From an uncultured Papillibacter sp. (lineage in GTDB: Bacteria; Bacillota; Clostridia; Oscillospirales; Oscillospiraceae): 45,116 bases of DNA. The notes under the pieces are model-generated. The model searched no databases. It was not told the DNA's origin and worked only from the letters and a program-made list of their open reading frames with translations. The position numbers and the translations under genes are program-made. The stretch's first letter is position 1, and the number at the start of each line of letters is the position of its first letter. The stretch lies in contig CAZVLO010000001.1 of NCBI GenBank assembly GCA_964628265.1, positions 55,732-100,847 of the forward strand, in the 5' to 3' direction. This document shows, in pieces, positions 33,389 to 42,418 of the stretch.

Positions 33389-33650
33389 TATTGATATCCT
33401 TCTGAGCGCTGAAAATTTTCAGAACGGCATTGCGTATGCTGACCGTATCGCCCGGGCGTATTTTTTTGCCCCTCTGCGTGCAGACGTCACCATTGACAGC
33501 CGCTTTGCCATCCTGAATAAGAATTTTTGCCTCCCCGCCGGACTGGGCAATACAGGCATATTTTAAGAGCGCGTCAAGCCGGATAAACTCACTTTCAATA
33601 GAGACGGGCGTTTCTTCACTTCCGCCTTTTTTTCTGACTTTAACTTTCAT
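33378..33650 (-). CDS. yaaA: S4-domain RNA-binding protein YaaA
   Basis: EFIRLDALLK, SGGEAK and VNG..CTQRGKK motifs; between dnaN and recF. Confidence 0.9.
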   Translation of the reverse strand: MKVKVRKKGGSEETPVSIESEFIRLDALLKYACIAQSGGEAKILIQDGKAAVNGDVCTQRGKKIRPGDTVSIRNAVLKIFSAQKDINNDS

Positions 33651-34758
33651 TTGCTTTTAATCTGACCGGCAGAATCATATATAAGAAATTGTTTTCCCCA
33701 TTAGCCGGGACAATTGTGCACTGAGTTATCCCCGACGAGACATTAAACTGTATCGTATCGGCCGGCGCTGCTTTCAGCGCCTCAAGAAGGTATTTGTTGT
33801 TGAAGCCGATTTCCAGACCTTCCCCGTCGCCATCAACAGGACATTCGTCACTTGCCCTGCCAAGCGCCGTACTCGACAGAAGCTTGAGCACACCATCGTC
33901 AAAAGTACAGCGGACCGGGCTCTTGAGCTTATCGCTTATTATCAGTGAAACGCGCTCAACGGCATCAACGACAGCACGTCTGTCGGCTATTATTTTGTAT
34001 TTCTCAGCGTGTTGAAGTGTAATTTTGTAATTATAGAACTCTCCCTCAAGCCGCCTTGAAATCAGCACTGTTCCGCTGATGACAAACATAATATGCTTTG
34101 TGCCCAGCATAATAGAGACAGGTTCATCGCTATCGGTCAATATCTTCTCAACCTCGCTCAGTGCCGTTCCCGGAACGACAAAATTAAGCGGCGAGGGGTC
34201 TGAACTGCTGAGTGGTTCACGCCGGAGCGCCAGCCTGAACCCATCAATCGCAACTATTGTCAGCATGCCGTTTTCCGCTTCAAAAAGCGCACCTGTAAAG
34301 ATGGGACGGGACTCATTGTCGCTGACGGCGAAATTTGTTTGCGCAATCATATTTTTCAGATATTTTTCCGACAGGGAAATTGATTTTTGGTAATCAACCG
34401 TCGGCAAGTCCGGATAGTCTGCCGATGAAGTGCCCAGAATATTAAACTCACTCATGCCGCACTCTATTTTTGTCATAAGGTTTTCATCGGCAGAGAATGA
34501 AACAACATCGTCGGGCAGCCTTCTGATAATCTCACCGAAAAGTCTGGCGCTGAGCACAATACTGCCTTCAACGACAACATCGGCAGGAACTGTCGTCGTT
34601 ATTCCTGTCTTAAGGTCATATCCCGATATTTTGACTTCGCTGCCGGTGGCCACAACCAAAAGTCCTTCCAACGCCGGGACGGCGCTTTTCGCGGCAGAGG
34701 CACGGGATGCCGTCACGATGACAGACTGCAGCGAATTTTTCTCAACTGTGAATTTCAT
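33640..34758 (-). CDS. dnaN: DNA polymerase III beta sliding clamp
   Basis: MKFT...LEGLL, SRPIFTG, A.DGFRLA, SRRLEGEF, IGFNNKYL and ILPVR motifs. Confidence 0.96.
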   Translation of the reverse strand: MKFTVEKNSLQSVIVTASRASAAKSAVPALEGLLVVATGSEVKISGYDLKTGITTTVPADVVVEGSIVLSARLFGEIIRRLPDDVVSFSADENLMTKIECGMSEFNILGTSSADYPDLPTVDYQKSISLSEKYLKNMIAQTNFAVSDNESRPIFTGALFEAENGMLTIVAIDGFRLALRREPLSSSDPSPLNFVVPGTALSEVEKILTDSDEPVSIMLGTKHIMFVISGTVLISRRLEGEFYNYKITLQHAEKYKIIADRRAVVDAVERVSLIISDKLKSPVRCTFDDGVLKLLSSTALGRASDECPVDGDGEGLEIGFNNKYLLEALKAAPADTIQFNVSSGITQCTIVPANGENNFLYMILPVRLKANES

Positions 34759-34809
34759 GTCCCTTGTTCCTTTCTCCATCCGTCATAAAAAATCGATGAA
34801 TAAAAGACA

Positions 34810-35004
34810 GACAGAAAGAATATATTAATAATTTAGTAATAGCAGTAGTAGTACAAAAATATGTGGAAAACAGTAAAAAATTCTGAAACAATGGGGTTTT
34901 TTAAGCTTCGTAATCTGTGGATAAATAAGCCGGGTTTTAAACAATTAGGTCGCAGAAAAAAAATACACATTTAGTTAACAGGACAATCAACATTTTGGGG
35001 ATAA
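34810..35004. other. Replication origin oriC (dnaA-dnaN intergenic)
   Basis: DnaA boxes at 34862-34870 (TTTTCCACA), 34916-34924 (TTATCCACA) and 34996-35004 (TTATCCCCA), all read on the minus strand. DnaA-trio run TAG-TAA-TAG-CAG-TAG-TAG at 34834-34851, next to an AT-rich tract. Confidence 0.88.
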
Positions 35005-35005
35005 G

Positions 35006-36316
35006 TCAGCATCTCGCATTGATGTTAGCAGTGATGTCTTTTATTGTTTGAGAAAATGTAGTTGATGACTTCATATTATCCTCAATACGCCGGATTGACG
35101 ACAAAACAGTCGTATGATCACGACCCTCGTAAAGAGCGCCGATATCCTTCAAAGACAGATTAGTCATTCTTCTAACCAGATACATAGAAATCTGTCTTGC
35201 CTGCGCGGTATTTCTTGTACGGCGCTGACCCCTGAGATCATCAGATGTCAAAGAGAAAAACTTAGCTGTTTCATCGATGATAAGATCAGAAGTCGGTATG
35301 TATTCCGTTTTCTCCTTTAGCATATCCTTAATGGCCTTGGATACAGATGAAACGGTGATGCTGTCATTCATAAGATCCCTGTATGCCATGACTTTTTTAA
35401 CGGCTCCTTCGATTTGTCGGACATTGGAGGTCATATTTTCAGCAATATAGGTTGAAACATCATCGGGGAGACACATGCCGAGTTGTACGGCTTTGTTCTT
35501 AATTATGGCCATTCTAGTTTCATAATCAGGCGGCTGGATATCAGCTAAAAGTCCCGATTCAAAACGTGTTTTCAATCGGTCTTCAAGCCGTGTCATTTCA
35601 TTGGGTGGACGGTCAGATGTAAAAACAATCTGTCGGTTTGCTTCATATAGTGTGTTGAAAGTGTGAAAAAATTCTTCCTGCGTTTGAATTTTACCCGCGA
35701 TAAATTGAATATCATCCATCAGAAAAAGATCAGCTCCGCGATATTTTTCACGAAACTCGACGTTCTTGCCGACTTGCAGCGCCAGAATCAACTCGTTTGT
35801 AAAATCGTCTCCTTTAACGTAAACGATATTATATTCAGGATGTTTTTTTGACACCGCGTGGCGGATAGCATAAAGGAGATGGGTTTTACCGAGCCCTGAA
35901 TCCCCGTATATAAAAAGTGGGTTGAAATTCTTAATCTGTCCCTCGGCAACAGCCGTTGCCGCTGCGTGGGCAAACTTATTTGAATTACCGACAACAAACC
36001 GTTCGAAGGTAAATTCTTCTTCAAACGTATCAGACCCCTGTGATTCCTTACGAACGAATGTGTCCAATTCGCCCTCTCCAAGAACAACCACATCAAAATC
36101 TCCGGAAAAAAGCTCCTTTAGAGCATTTTTGACGGAGCCGATAAACCGGCCTTCGATAACATCCTTTTTGAAAGCGGACGGCGTGTGGATAACAAGCCTG
36201 TTACCGCCGATATCAACTGCCCGACAGTCGTCAAACCATGTTGTTATCGCCGTAGATGTCAGTTCGTTGCCAAGAATGCTAAGTACCTTATTCCACACAT
36301 CGGTTGCTGAGTTCAT
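35006..36316 (-). CDS. dnaA: Chromosomal replication initiator DnaA
   Basis: FTFERFVVGNSN, NPLFIYGDSGLGKTHLL, DDIQF, QEEFFHTFN and RDHTTV motifs. Confidence 0.98.
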   Translation of the reverse strand: MNSATDVWNKVLSILGNELTSTAITTWFDDCRAVDIGGNRLVIHTPSAFKKDVIEGRFIGSVKNALKELFSGDFDVVVLGEGELDTFVRKESQGSDTFEEEFTFERFVVGNSNKFAHAAATAVAEGQIKNFNPLFIYGDSGLGKTHLLYAIRHAVSKKHPEYNIVYVKGDDFTNELILALQVGKNVEFREKYRGADLFLMDDIQFIAGKIQTQEEFFHTFNTLYEANRQIVFTSDRPPNEMTRLEDRLKTRFESGLLADIQPPDYETRMAIIKNKAVQLGMCLPDDVSTYIAENMTSNVRQIEGAVKKVMAYRDLMNDSITVSSVSKAIKDMLKEKTEYIPTSDLIIDETAKFFSLTSDDLRGQRRTRNTAQARQISMYLVRRMTNLSLKDIGALYEGRDHTTVLSSIRRIEDNMKSSTTFSQTIKDITANINARC

Positions 36317-36426
36317 TACTTCAATCCTTTCGGAGATTCATAAAAAGAAAAACGGTCCCAATCCGCTGGCCGCAGCAAAACAAAAGACATGTCTGGGCAG
36401 GAGATACCGCTTGATGTCGTGCGATT

Positions 36427-36455
36427 ATTTTATCAAAAAATGACATCAAAATCAA
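36427..36455 (-). promoter_or_regulatory. dnaA promoter
   Basis: Minus strand TTGATT-N17-TAAAAT with extended TGn. Confidence 0.6.
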
Positions 36456-36510
36456 GTGTTTCGCATGATATACATTTAATATAATATTAATAATCAACGG
36501 ATAAATATGT

Positions 36511-36535
36511 AAAGGCAGGGATCATCCCTGCCTTT
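36511..36535 (-). terminator. rpsT terminator
   Basis: AAAGGCAGGGAT-C-ATCCCTGCCTTT inverted repeat just after the rpsT stop. Confidence 0.75.
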
Positions 36536-36554
36536 CTGTTATAAATCTGTAATA

Positions 36555-36821
36555 TCAGTGTGCCATACCATTGAGCTTCACGGTCATGCTGCTCTTCTTA
36601 TGAGCCGCGTTGTTTTTATGAATAAGACCTTTTGTCGCAGCTTTATCAACAGTCTTTACAGCAACTTTATAGGCGCTTTCGGCTGCTTCCTGATTACCCT
36701 CGGATACTGCCGTATCAAATTTTTTCAGACTTGTTTTCAGCTCGGTTTTAGCCGCCTTATTTCTGGCGTTGTTCGCCTTGGCGACGAGGACTCTCTTCTC
36801 AGCGGATTTTATATTGGGCAT
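36555..36821 (-). CDS. rpsT: 30S ribosomal protein S20
   Basis: MPNIKSAEKRV...N...K..LKT...DKAATKGLIHKNNAA.KKS. Confidence 0.97.
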   Translation of the reverse strand: MPNIKSAEKRVLVAKANNARNKAAKTELKTSLKKFDTAVSEGNQEAAESAYKVAVKTVDKAATKGLIHKNNAAHKKSSMTVKLNGMAH

Positions 36822-36877
36822 GTTCTTTAGCCACCTCCTCCTATAACGTCACAGACTGTGTAGTTGTGCAGAAGGTT

Positions 36878-36906
36878 ATTCTAACATATGATGATACAAT
36901 AATCAA
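36878..36906 (-). promoter_or_regulatory. rpsT promoter
   Basis: Minus strand TTGATT-N17-TAGAAT with TGn. Confidence 0.6.
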
Positions 36907-37006
36907 GACAAAAATTCATGTTGCAAATAAAAAACTCAATAATTAGCGAATAGCGAACCGCGAAGTGTTAAGAATAATACCAGGATTTGCAGGAGGCATG
37001 TAAATA

Positions 37007-37912
37007 ATGTGGACAAAACGTACGGATCTGGCTGTTGAGGCAAAAGAATTATGGCGGGAGAGCGCCGATAAACAAACAGAGCTTAAAGGCGTGAAATCCA
37101 GGGAGAAGGATTCAAACGGATTTAGAGTAACAACCGTGGAAATACTTGACGACGAAGGCGCTCACGCGTTGAATAAGCCGGTGGGTTCATATATAACAAT
37201 TGAAATCGACAGGCTTATTCAGCGTGAGGACAACGCCTTTTCACTCGGTGCGGAGGCACTGAGCAGTGAAATTTGCAAGCTTTTAAAGCTAAAGGAAAGT
37301 GACAGTGTCCTTGTTGTTGGACTTGGTAACGAAGCAATCACGCCGGATGCAGTCGGACCGAAAACGGCAAAAAACACCATGGTGACGCGCCATCTTGTCG
37401 AAAAAATGCCTGAGATGTTCGGTTCGTTGCGGCGCGTGTCGGTACTTGTTTCCGGAGTGCTTGGGACAACAGGTATCGAAAGCGCAGAATTTATCAAGGC
37501 AGTCACAGAAAAGCTCAAACCGGATCGAATAATCGTTGTTGACGCTCTGGCATCAAGGAAGCTTGCGCGGATATGCAGGACGGTGCAGTTGGCTGACACA
37601 GGCATCATACCCGGGTCCGGTGTCGGGAACAGCAGAGCTGCCATAAACAGTGAAAAGCTCGGAGTCCCTGTCATTGCTATCGGCGTTCCGACGGTGGTAG
37701 ATGCGGCGACACTGGCGGCCGATCTTGCAGAACAAGCCGGGGTAAAGGACATAAATCCTGAGGATATGTCAAATTATGGCGGAGCAATGATTGTCACCCC
37801 AAAGGAGATCGACACCAACGTCAGCGACATTTCAAAGCTGGTTGGTTACGGGATTAATTTGGCGCTGCACAATAGTATCAACATAGATGATATTAATATG
37901 TTTCTCAGTTGA
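37007..37912 (+). CDS. gpr: Germination protease GPR
   Basis: RTDLAVEA, VVGLGN..ITPDAVGP, GVLGTTGIE, VDALASR and GVPTVVDA motifs; divergent from rpsT as in Bacillus. Confidence 0.95.
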   Translation: MWTKRTDLAVEAKELWRESADKQTELKGVKSREKDSNGFRVTTVEILDDEGAHALNKPVGSYITIEIDRLIQREDNAFSLGAEALSSEICKLLKLKESDSVLVVGLGNEAITPDAVGPKTAKNTMVTRHLVEKMPEMFGSLRRVSVLVSGVLGTTGIESAEFIKAVTEKLKPDRIIVVDALASRKLARICRTVQLADTGIIPGSGVGNSRAAINSEKLGVPVIAIGVPTVVDAATLAADLAEQAGVKDINPEDMSNYGGAMIVTPKEIDTNVSDISKLVGYGINLALHNSINIDDINMFLS

Positions 37913-37953
37913 GTGCTCAACGTAATCAACGCACTTTAATGAATTAGATAATT

Positions 37954-37991
37954 AAATGACTAAATGTTTCACGTGAAACATTTAGTCATTT
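37954..37991. promoter_or_regulatory. parS site within a 38-bp perfect palindrome
   Basis: Core TGTTTCACGTGAAACA at 37965-37980; symmetry extends 11 bp on each side. Confidence 0.93.
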
Positions 37992-37996
37992 TAACC

Positions 37997-38024
37997 TTGA
38001 AAACAATGTCTGTTATGCTATAAT
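37997..38024 (+). promoter_or_regulatory. parA operon promoter
   Basis: TTGAAA-N16-TATAAT with extended TGn. Confidence 0.7.
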
Positions 38025-38052
38025 GAGTTGATGAAATAACAGGAGGTGAAAT

Positions 38053-38832
38053 ATGGGCAAAATAATAGCCGTCGCGAACCAAAAGGGCGGCGTAGGTAAG
38101 ACGACTACATGCGTGAACCTTTGTTGCGCGCTTAAAGAGGCGGGCAGAAAGGTGCTGCTTTGTGATATAGATCCTCAGGGAAATTGCACCTCGGGTATGG
38201 GAATTGATAAAAACACGGCGTCACCGAATTTGTATAATGTCCTTGTGGAAGGTGTTTTGGCGGAAAAAGCAGTTATTGAAACAAGATATGGTGATGTGCT
38301 ACCGTCAAACGCAATATTATCCGGTGCCGGCATAGAGCTTGTCAGCGCAGAGATGCGCGAATTTGTCTTAAAAACGGCTCTGGAGGATATTCAAAAGAAG
38401 TACGACTATATTTTTATAGACTGCCCGCCGTCGCTGGAGATGCTGACGCTCAATGCGTTATGCGCGGCTGATACTGTACTTATTCCCGTTCAATGCGAGT
38501 ATTTCGCGCTGGAGGGATTAACAGACCTGATAACGACAATAAGAATGACGAAAAAGGCGCTGAATCCCGAGCTGGAAATTGAAGGCGTCCTTATGACGAT
38601 GTTTGATTCACGCACTAATTTTTCAATGCAGGTGGCCGAGGAGGTCAAAAAGTTCTTTAAAAGTAAAGTATATAATATTGTTATCCCCCGGAATGTCAGA
38701 ATCTCGGAAGCTCCGAGCCACGGACAACCCGTACTCGTATATGACCGAAGTTCCCGGGGAGCACAGACATATATTGAGCTTGCGAAGGAATTTGACAAGC
38801 GCAACAGAACATCTGTCAATAAGACCAACTGA
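38053..38832 (+). CDS. parA: Chromosome partitioning ATPase ParA/Soj
   Basis: NQKGGVGKTT, DIDPQGN, IDCPPSL, QCEYFALEG and IPRNVRISEAPSHG motifs. Confidence 0.96.
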   Translation: MGKIIAVANQKGGVGKTTTCVNLCCALKEAGRKVLLCDIDPQGNCTSGMGIDKNTASPNLYNVLVEGVLAEKAVIETRYGDVLPSNAILSGAGIELVSAEMREFVLKTALEDIQKKYDYIFIDCPPSLEMLTLNALCAADTVLIPVQCEYFALEGLTDLITTIRMTKKALNPELEIEGVLMTMFDSRTNFSMQVAEEVKKFFKSKVYNIVIPRNVRISEAPSHGQPVLVYDRSSRGAQTYIELAKEFDKRNRTSVNKTN

Positions 38833-38877
38833 CATGCTGACGTGTTGCGATCAGCTTACGGATAAGGAGAGAAAAAT

Positions 38878-39741
38878 ATGGCGGAAAGGGGCCTAGGAGC
38901 AGGTCTCGGCGCTTTGTTTGGGGATGCGGCACTCGAGGCGATCCCCAATGATTTTGTTTACCTGCCAATATCAAAGGTCGAACCGAGAAAAGAGCAGCCG
39001 AGAAGTGTTTTCGATGAAGAAGGACTTGCGGAGCTAGCTGCGTCAATTAAGGAACACGGCTTACTGCAGCCGCTGACAGTCAGAAATGTCGGCGGCGGGT
39101 ACTATCAGATTATTGCCGGCGAGCGCCGCTGGCGCGCCTCAAGAATCGCAGGGTTGCAGGAGGTACCGGCGCGTATTATTGAAGCCGATGATAAAAGAGC
39201 GACAGAGCTCGCTATGGTGGAAAACCTGCAGAGAGAGGATCTCAATCCTGTAGAAGAGGCACGCGGTTATAAAACGCTCATGACGGAATACAGCATGACG
39301 CAGGAGGATGTCGCCCGACGTGTGGGAAAATCACGGCCTGTTATTGCAAATTCGCTGAGAATTTTGTCATTACCGGGAAATCTTCTAAAGAAGCTTGAAA
39401 ACGGGGAGCTCTCCGTTGGATCAGCCAGGACGCTTCTGTCTCTGGAAAATGAGGAGCTGATGCAGGCTGCTGCACTGGAAATCACCGAGAATAATCTGAC
39501 GGTGAGAGATGCTGAAAAGCTTGTAAAAAAAATAAAAAAAGAAAAAATTGAGGGCAAACAGGCGGAAAAAGCGGGCTTTGTCGTCAACTATATTGAAGAG
39601 CTTGAAAACCGGCTGACAAAAGCATATGGCCGACGCGTTAAAATAGTTGACGGAAAACACAGAGGTCGAATAGAAATCGAATATTATGACCGCGAGGACT
39701 TTGAAAACTTGTTCGACTTACTGTCCTCTCTAAAGGAATAA
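38878..39741 (+). CDS. parB: ParB/Spo0J partition protein
   Basis: GLGAGLGAL, QPR..F, IIAGERRWRA, ENLQREDLNPVEEA and the HTH GKSRPVIANSLR. Confidence 0.95.
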   Translation: MAERGLGAGLGALFGDAALEAIPNDFVYLPISKVEPRKEQPRSVFDEEGLAELAASIKEHGLLQPLTVRNVGGGYYQIIAGERRWRASRIAGLQEVPARIIEADDKRATELAMVENLQREDLNPVEEARGYKTLMTEYSMTQEDVARRVGKSRPVIANSLRILSLPGNLLKKLENGELSVGSARTLLSLENEELMQAAALEITENNLTVRDAEKLVKKIKKEKIEGKQAEKAGFVVNYIEELENRLTKAYGRRVKIVDGKHRGRIEIEYYDREDFENLFDLLSSLKE

Positions 39742-39758
39742 GGGAGAACAATGCAGAA

Positions 39759-40208
39759 ATGAATAAAAGAGCCGACGCACTGGCAGGGACAGCAATTGTA
39801 ACGGAAAAGCAGGAAAATACTCAAAAGGCCAACTCAAAAAGATCCGTTTACATCTATATTGCTGCACTGTTTATTATTGTCCTGATGTTTATTCTGCTGT
39901 CGTATTTTATCCAGCAGCGCAACAGCGCAGAGCTTCATACTCTGAACGAGAAGAACATAACGGCGCAGCAGCATATAGAAAACCTGCAGACAACGAACCT
40001 GCAGCTGCAGTCTGAAAACGACACCCTTGAAGCGAAAATATCGGAACTTGAAAAAAAGCTCAGCGAAACGGAGGACCGTGCTTCGGAAATAACACGGCAA
40101 TGGCGAGACGATGTTAGGAATATCAAAGAATACAACGCGGCACAATACAATGAGCTGCTAGCCGAATATGATGAACTTTTAGAAAAGTATGGGGTCAAGG
40201 GGAATTAA
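39759..40208 (+). CDS. Hypothetical single-pass membrane protein with coiled coil
   Basis: One TM (VYIYIAALFIIVLMFILLSYFI) followed by a heptad-rich Q/E/L segment; tightly packed between parB and serS. Confidence 0.75.
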   Translation: MNKRADALAGTAIVTEKQENTQKANSKRSVYIYIAALFIIVLMFILLSYFIQQRNSAELHTLNEKNITAQQHIENLQTTNLQLQSENDTLEAKISELEKKLSETEDRASEITRQWRDDVRNIKEYNAAQYNELLAEYDELLEKYGVKGN

Positions 40209-40209
40209 G

Positions 40210-41493
40210 ATGATTGACATTAAGCTGATAAGAGAGAATCCTGAGGAAATAAAAACACGTCTTAAGAACAAGGAAGTTGACTGCGACAGCGCAGTTGACA
40301 GTATCCTTGACCTGGACTGTATGAGGCGTGAGCTCATATCAAAAACCGAAACCTGTAAAGCGGAACAGAACAAGCTGTCAAAGCAGATGCCGCAGCTGAA
40401 AAAGGAAGGGCAGGACACAACAGAGCTACTTTCCCGGATGAACGAATTGAAAGAGGCGATCCGTGAAGCCGATTTGAGGCTTAAGGAAATAGAAAGTGAA
40501 TACAATACGCTCATGCTGAGCCTTCCGAATCTGCCGGACACCGATCTCGTGCCGGGCGGAAAAGAACATAATACGCCCATCCGCTATTTCGGGGAGCCGC
40601 ATACGTTTGAATTTGAACCACAAAACCACGTTGACCTGTGTACAAAACTGGGGCTCATTGATTATGCCCGCGGCGTGAAGCTCTCCGGTGCCGGCTTTTG
40701 GCTTTATCGAGGCATGGGAGCCCGGTTGGAATGGGCGCTTTTGAATTATTTTATCGACTCACACCAGGCAGATGGCTATGAGCTTGTATTCGTACCGCAT
40801 ATGCTGGGCTATGAATGCGGCTTAACAGCCGGCCAATTTCCAAAGTTTGGGGAGGACGTTTACTGGCTGGAAAGCGACGAAACCGAGCGCCGCAGGTTTA
40901 TGCTTCCGACAGCGGAAACCGCCCTTGTGTCACTGCATCGTGAAGAGATACTTACGGAAGCTGAACTGCCGAGAAAATATATATCATACACGCCCTGCTA
41001 CAGGCGTGAAGCCGGCTCTTACCGCGCCGACGAACGCGGTATGGTCCGTGGGCATCAATTCAACAAGGTGGAAATGGTGCAGTATACAAAGCCAGAAAAA
41101 TCGGACGAAGCCTTTGATGAGCTTGTGGGCAAAGCAGAGGCACTTGTAAAAGGGCTCGGATTTCACTTCAGAACGGTGAAGCTTGCAGCCGGTGATTGCT
41201 CTGCTTCGATGGCGCGCACCTATGATATTGAAATCCAGATACCATCGATGTCGGGGTATAAAGAAGTCTCCTCCGTCTCCAACGCACGCGATTATCAGGC
41301 CCGTCGCGGAGCAATTCGCTTCAGGCGGGAATCCACAGGAAAAACTGAGTTTGTCCACACGTTAAATGGCTCCGGTCTTGCCACCAGCCGTATTCTTCCC
41401 GCGCTTGTTGAACAGAATCAACAGAAAGATGGGAGCGTTATTATCCCGGAGGTACTCCGCAAATACCTTGGCGGTCTTGAGCTCATTAAATAG
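40210..41493 (+). CDS. serS: Serine--tRNA ligase
   Basis: MIDIKLIRENPE, LPTAET, CYRREAG, RGHQFNKVE, EVSSVSN and HTLNGSGLA..R motifs. Confidence 0.97.
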   Translation: MIDIKLIRENPEEIKTRLKNKEVDCDSAVDSILDLDCMRRELISKTETCKAEQNKLSKQMPQLKKEGQDTTELLSRMNELKEAIREADLRLKEIESEYNTLMLSLPNLPDTDLVPGGKEHNTPIRYFGEPHTFEFEPQNHVDLCTKLGLIDYARGVKLSGAGFWLYRGMGARLEWALLNYFIDSHQADGYELVFVPHMLGYECGLTAGQFPKFGEDVYWLESDETERRRFMLPTAETALVSLHREEILTEAELPRKYISYTPCYRREAGSYRADERGMVRGHQFNKVEMVQYTKPEKSDEAFDELVGKAEALVKGLGFHFRTVKLAAGDCSASMARTYDIEIQIPSMSGYKEVSSVSNARDYQARRGAIRFRRESTGKTEFVHTLNGSGLATSRILPALVEQNQQKDGSVIIPEVLRKYLGGLELIK

Positions 41494-41552
41494 ACCTCCA
41501 GAAATCGAAAGAAGAACATCACAATGAGAAAAATTTTCGATTGGTCAAGCTT

Positions 41553-42257
41553 ATGCGGAATATACTGACTCAGGGAGCTCAGCAACTTGGCATAAGGCTG
41601 CCGAGCGAGGCGCCAGACAAATTTCGGCTGTATTACGATTTTCTTGAGGAAAAAAACCAGGTTATGAACCTGACAGCCATTTCAGGAGAGAAAGACGTGG
41701 CCGAGCTGCATTTTCTTGATAGTCTTGCTCTTCTGACGCTGGATTCCTTCGAGAAAAAATCAGTCATTGATATTGGCAGCGGTGCCGGCTTTCCCGGTAT
41801 TCCATTGAAGCTCGCGGTGCCGACGCTTAGGCTTACCATGCTTGACGCACAGCTGAAAAGGATAAGGTTTCTCGAGGAATTATGCGATACCCTCTGTCTT
41901 AAAGACGTCTCCCCCATTCACGCCAGAGCAGAGGAAACCGCTCATACAGACCTGAGGGAGACCTTTGATTATGCCGTCTCCCGAGCTGTCGCCCGGCTGA
42001 ACATTCTTGCGGAATTATGTCTCCCTTTTGTTAAAGAGGGCGGTGTGTTCATTGCCATGAAGGGCATGGAGTCAGATAAAGAAATCACAGAGGCGGACTC
42101 TGCGATTAAGACACTTGGCGCAGAGTTAGATAAAATCAGCGATTACCAAATTCCCGGCACTGACCTGCTGCACCGAGCCGTCATGATCCGCAAAACGGCG
42201 CCGACCCCGGGGGCGTACCCCAGACGATTTGCCAGAATAGAGAAAAAGCCTCTATAA
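41553..42257 (+). CDS. rsmG: 16S rRNA m7G527 methyltransferase
   Basis: MNLTAI, HFLDSL, DIGSGAGFPGIPL, RAEE, SRAVA and YPRR motifs. Start uncertain (41541 or 41553). Confidence 0.94.
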   Translation: MRNILTQGAQQLGIRLPSEAPDKFRLYYDFLEEKNQVMNLTAISGEKDVAELHFLDSLALLTLDSFEKKSVIDIGSGAGFPGIPLKLAVPTLRLTMLDAQLKRIRFLEELCDTLCLKDVSPIHARAEETAHTDLRETFDYAVSRAVARLNILAELCLPFVKEGGVFIAMKGMESDKEITEADSAIKTLGAELDKISDYQIPGTDLLHRAVMIRKTAPTPGAYPRRFARIEKKPL

Positions 42258-42270
42258 GGTGCCCGCACTC

Positions 42271-42294
42271 CAAATGTTTCACGTGAAACATTTG
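42271..42294. promoter_or_regulatory. Second parS site
   Basis: CAAATGTTTCACGTGAAACATTTG; core at 42275-42290. Confidence 0.93.
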
Positions 42295-42418
42295 TAAATT
42301 TGTTGATGGCACGCGAAAAAAAGGAAATATGCGGCGTTATCGCACCCCCCCGATATCACCAGATATCGGGGTTGAGCCGCGTTCAAAATCAAAATTTTAA
42401 CAGAATGGCAGGGAACAA

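Noticed and set aside
36948-36976. Sigma-F/G promoter for gpr (GAATA...GTTAAGAATA)
   Set aside because: Expected biologically, but the match and spacing are too loose to call from sequence alone.
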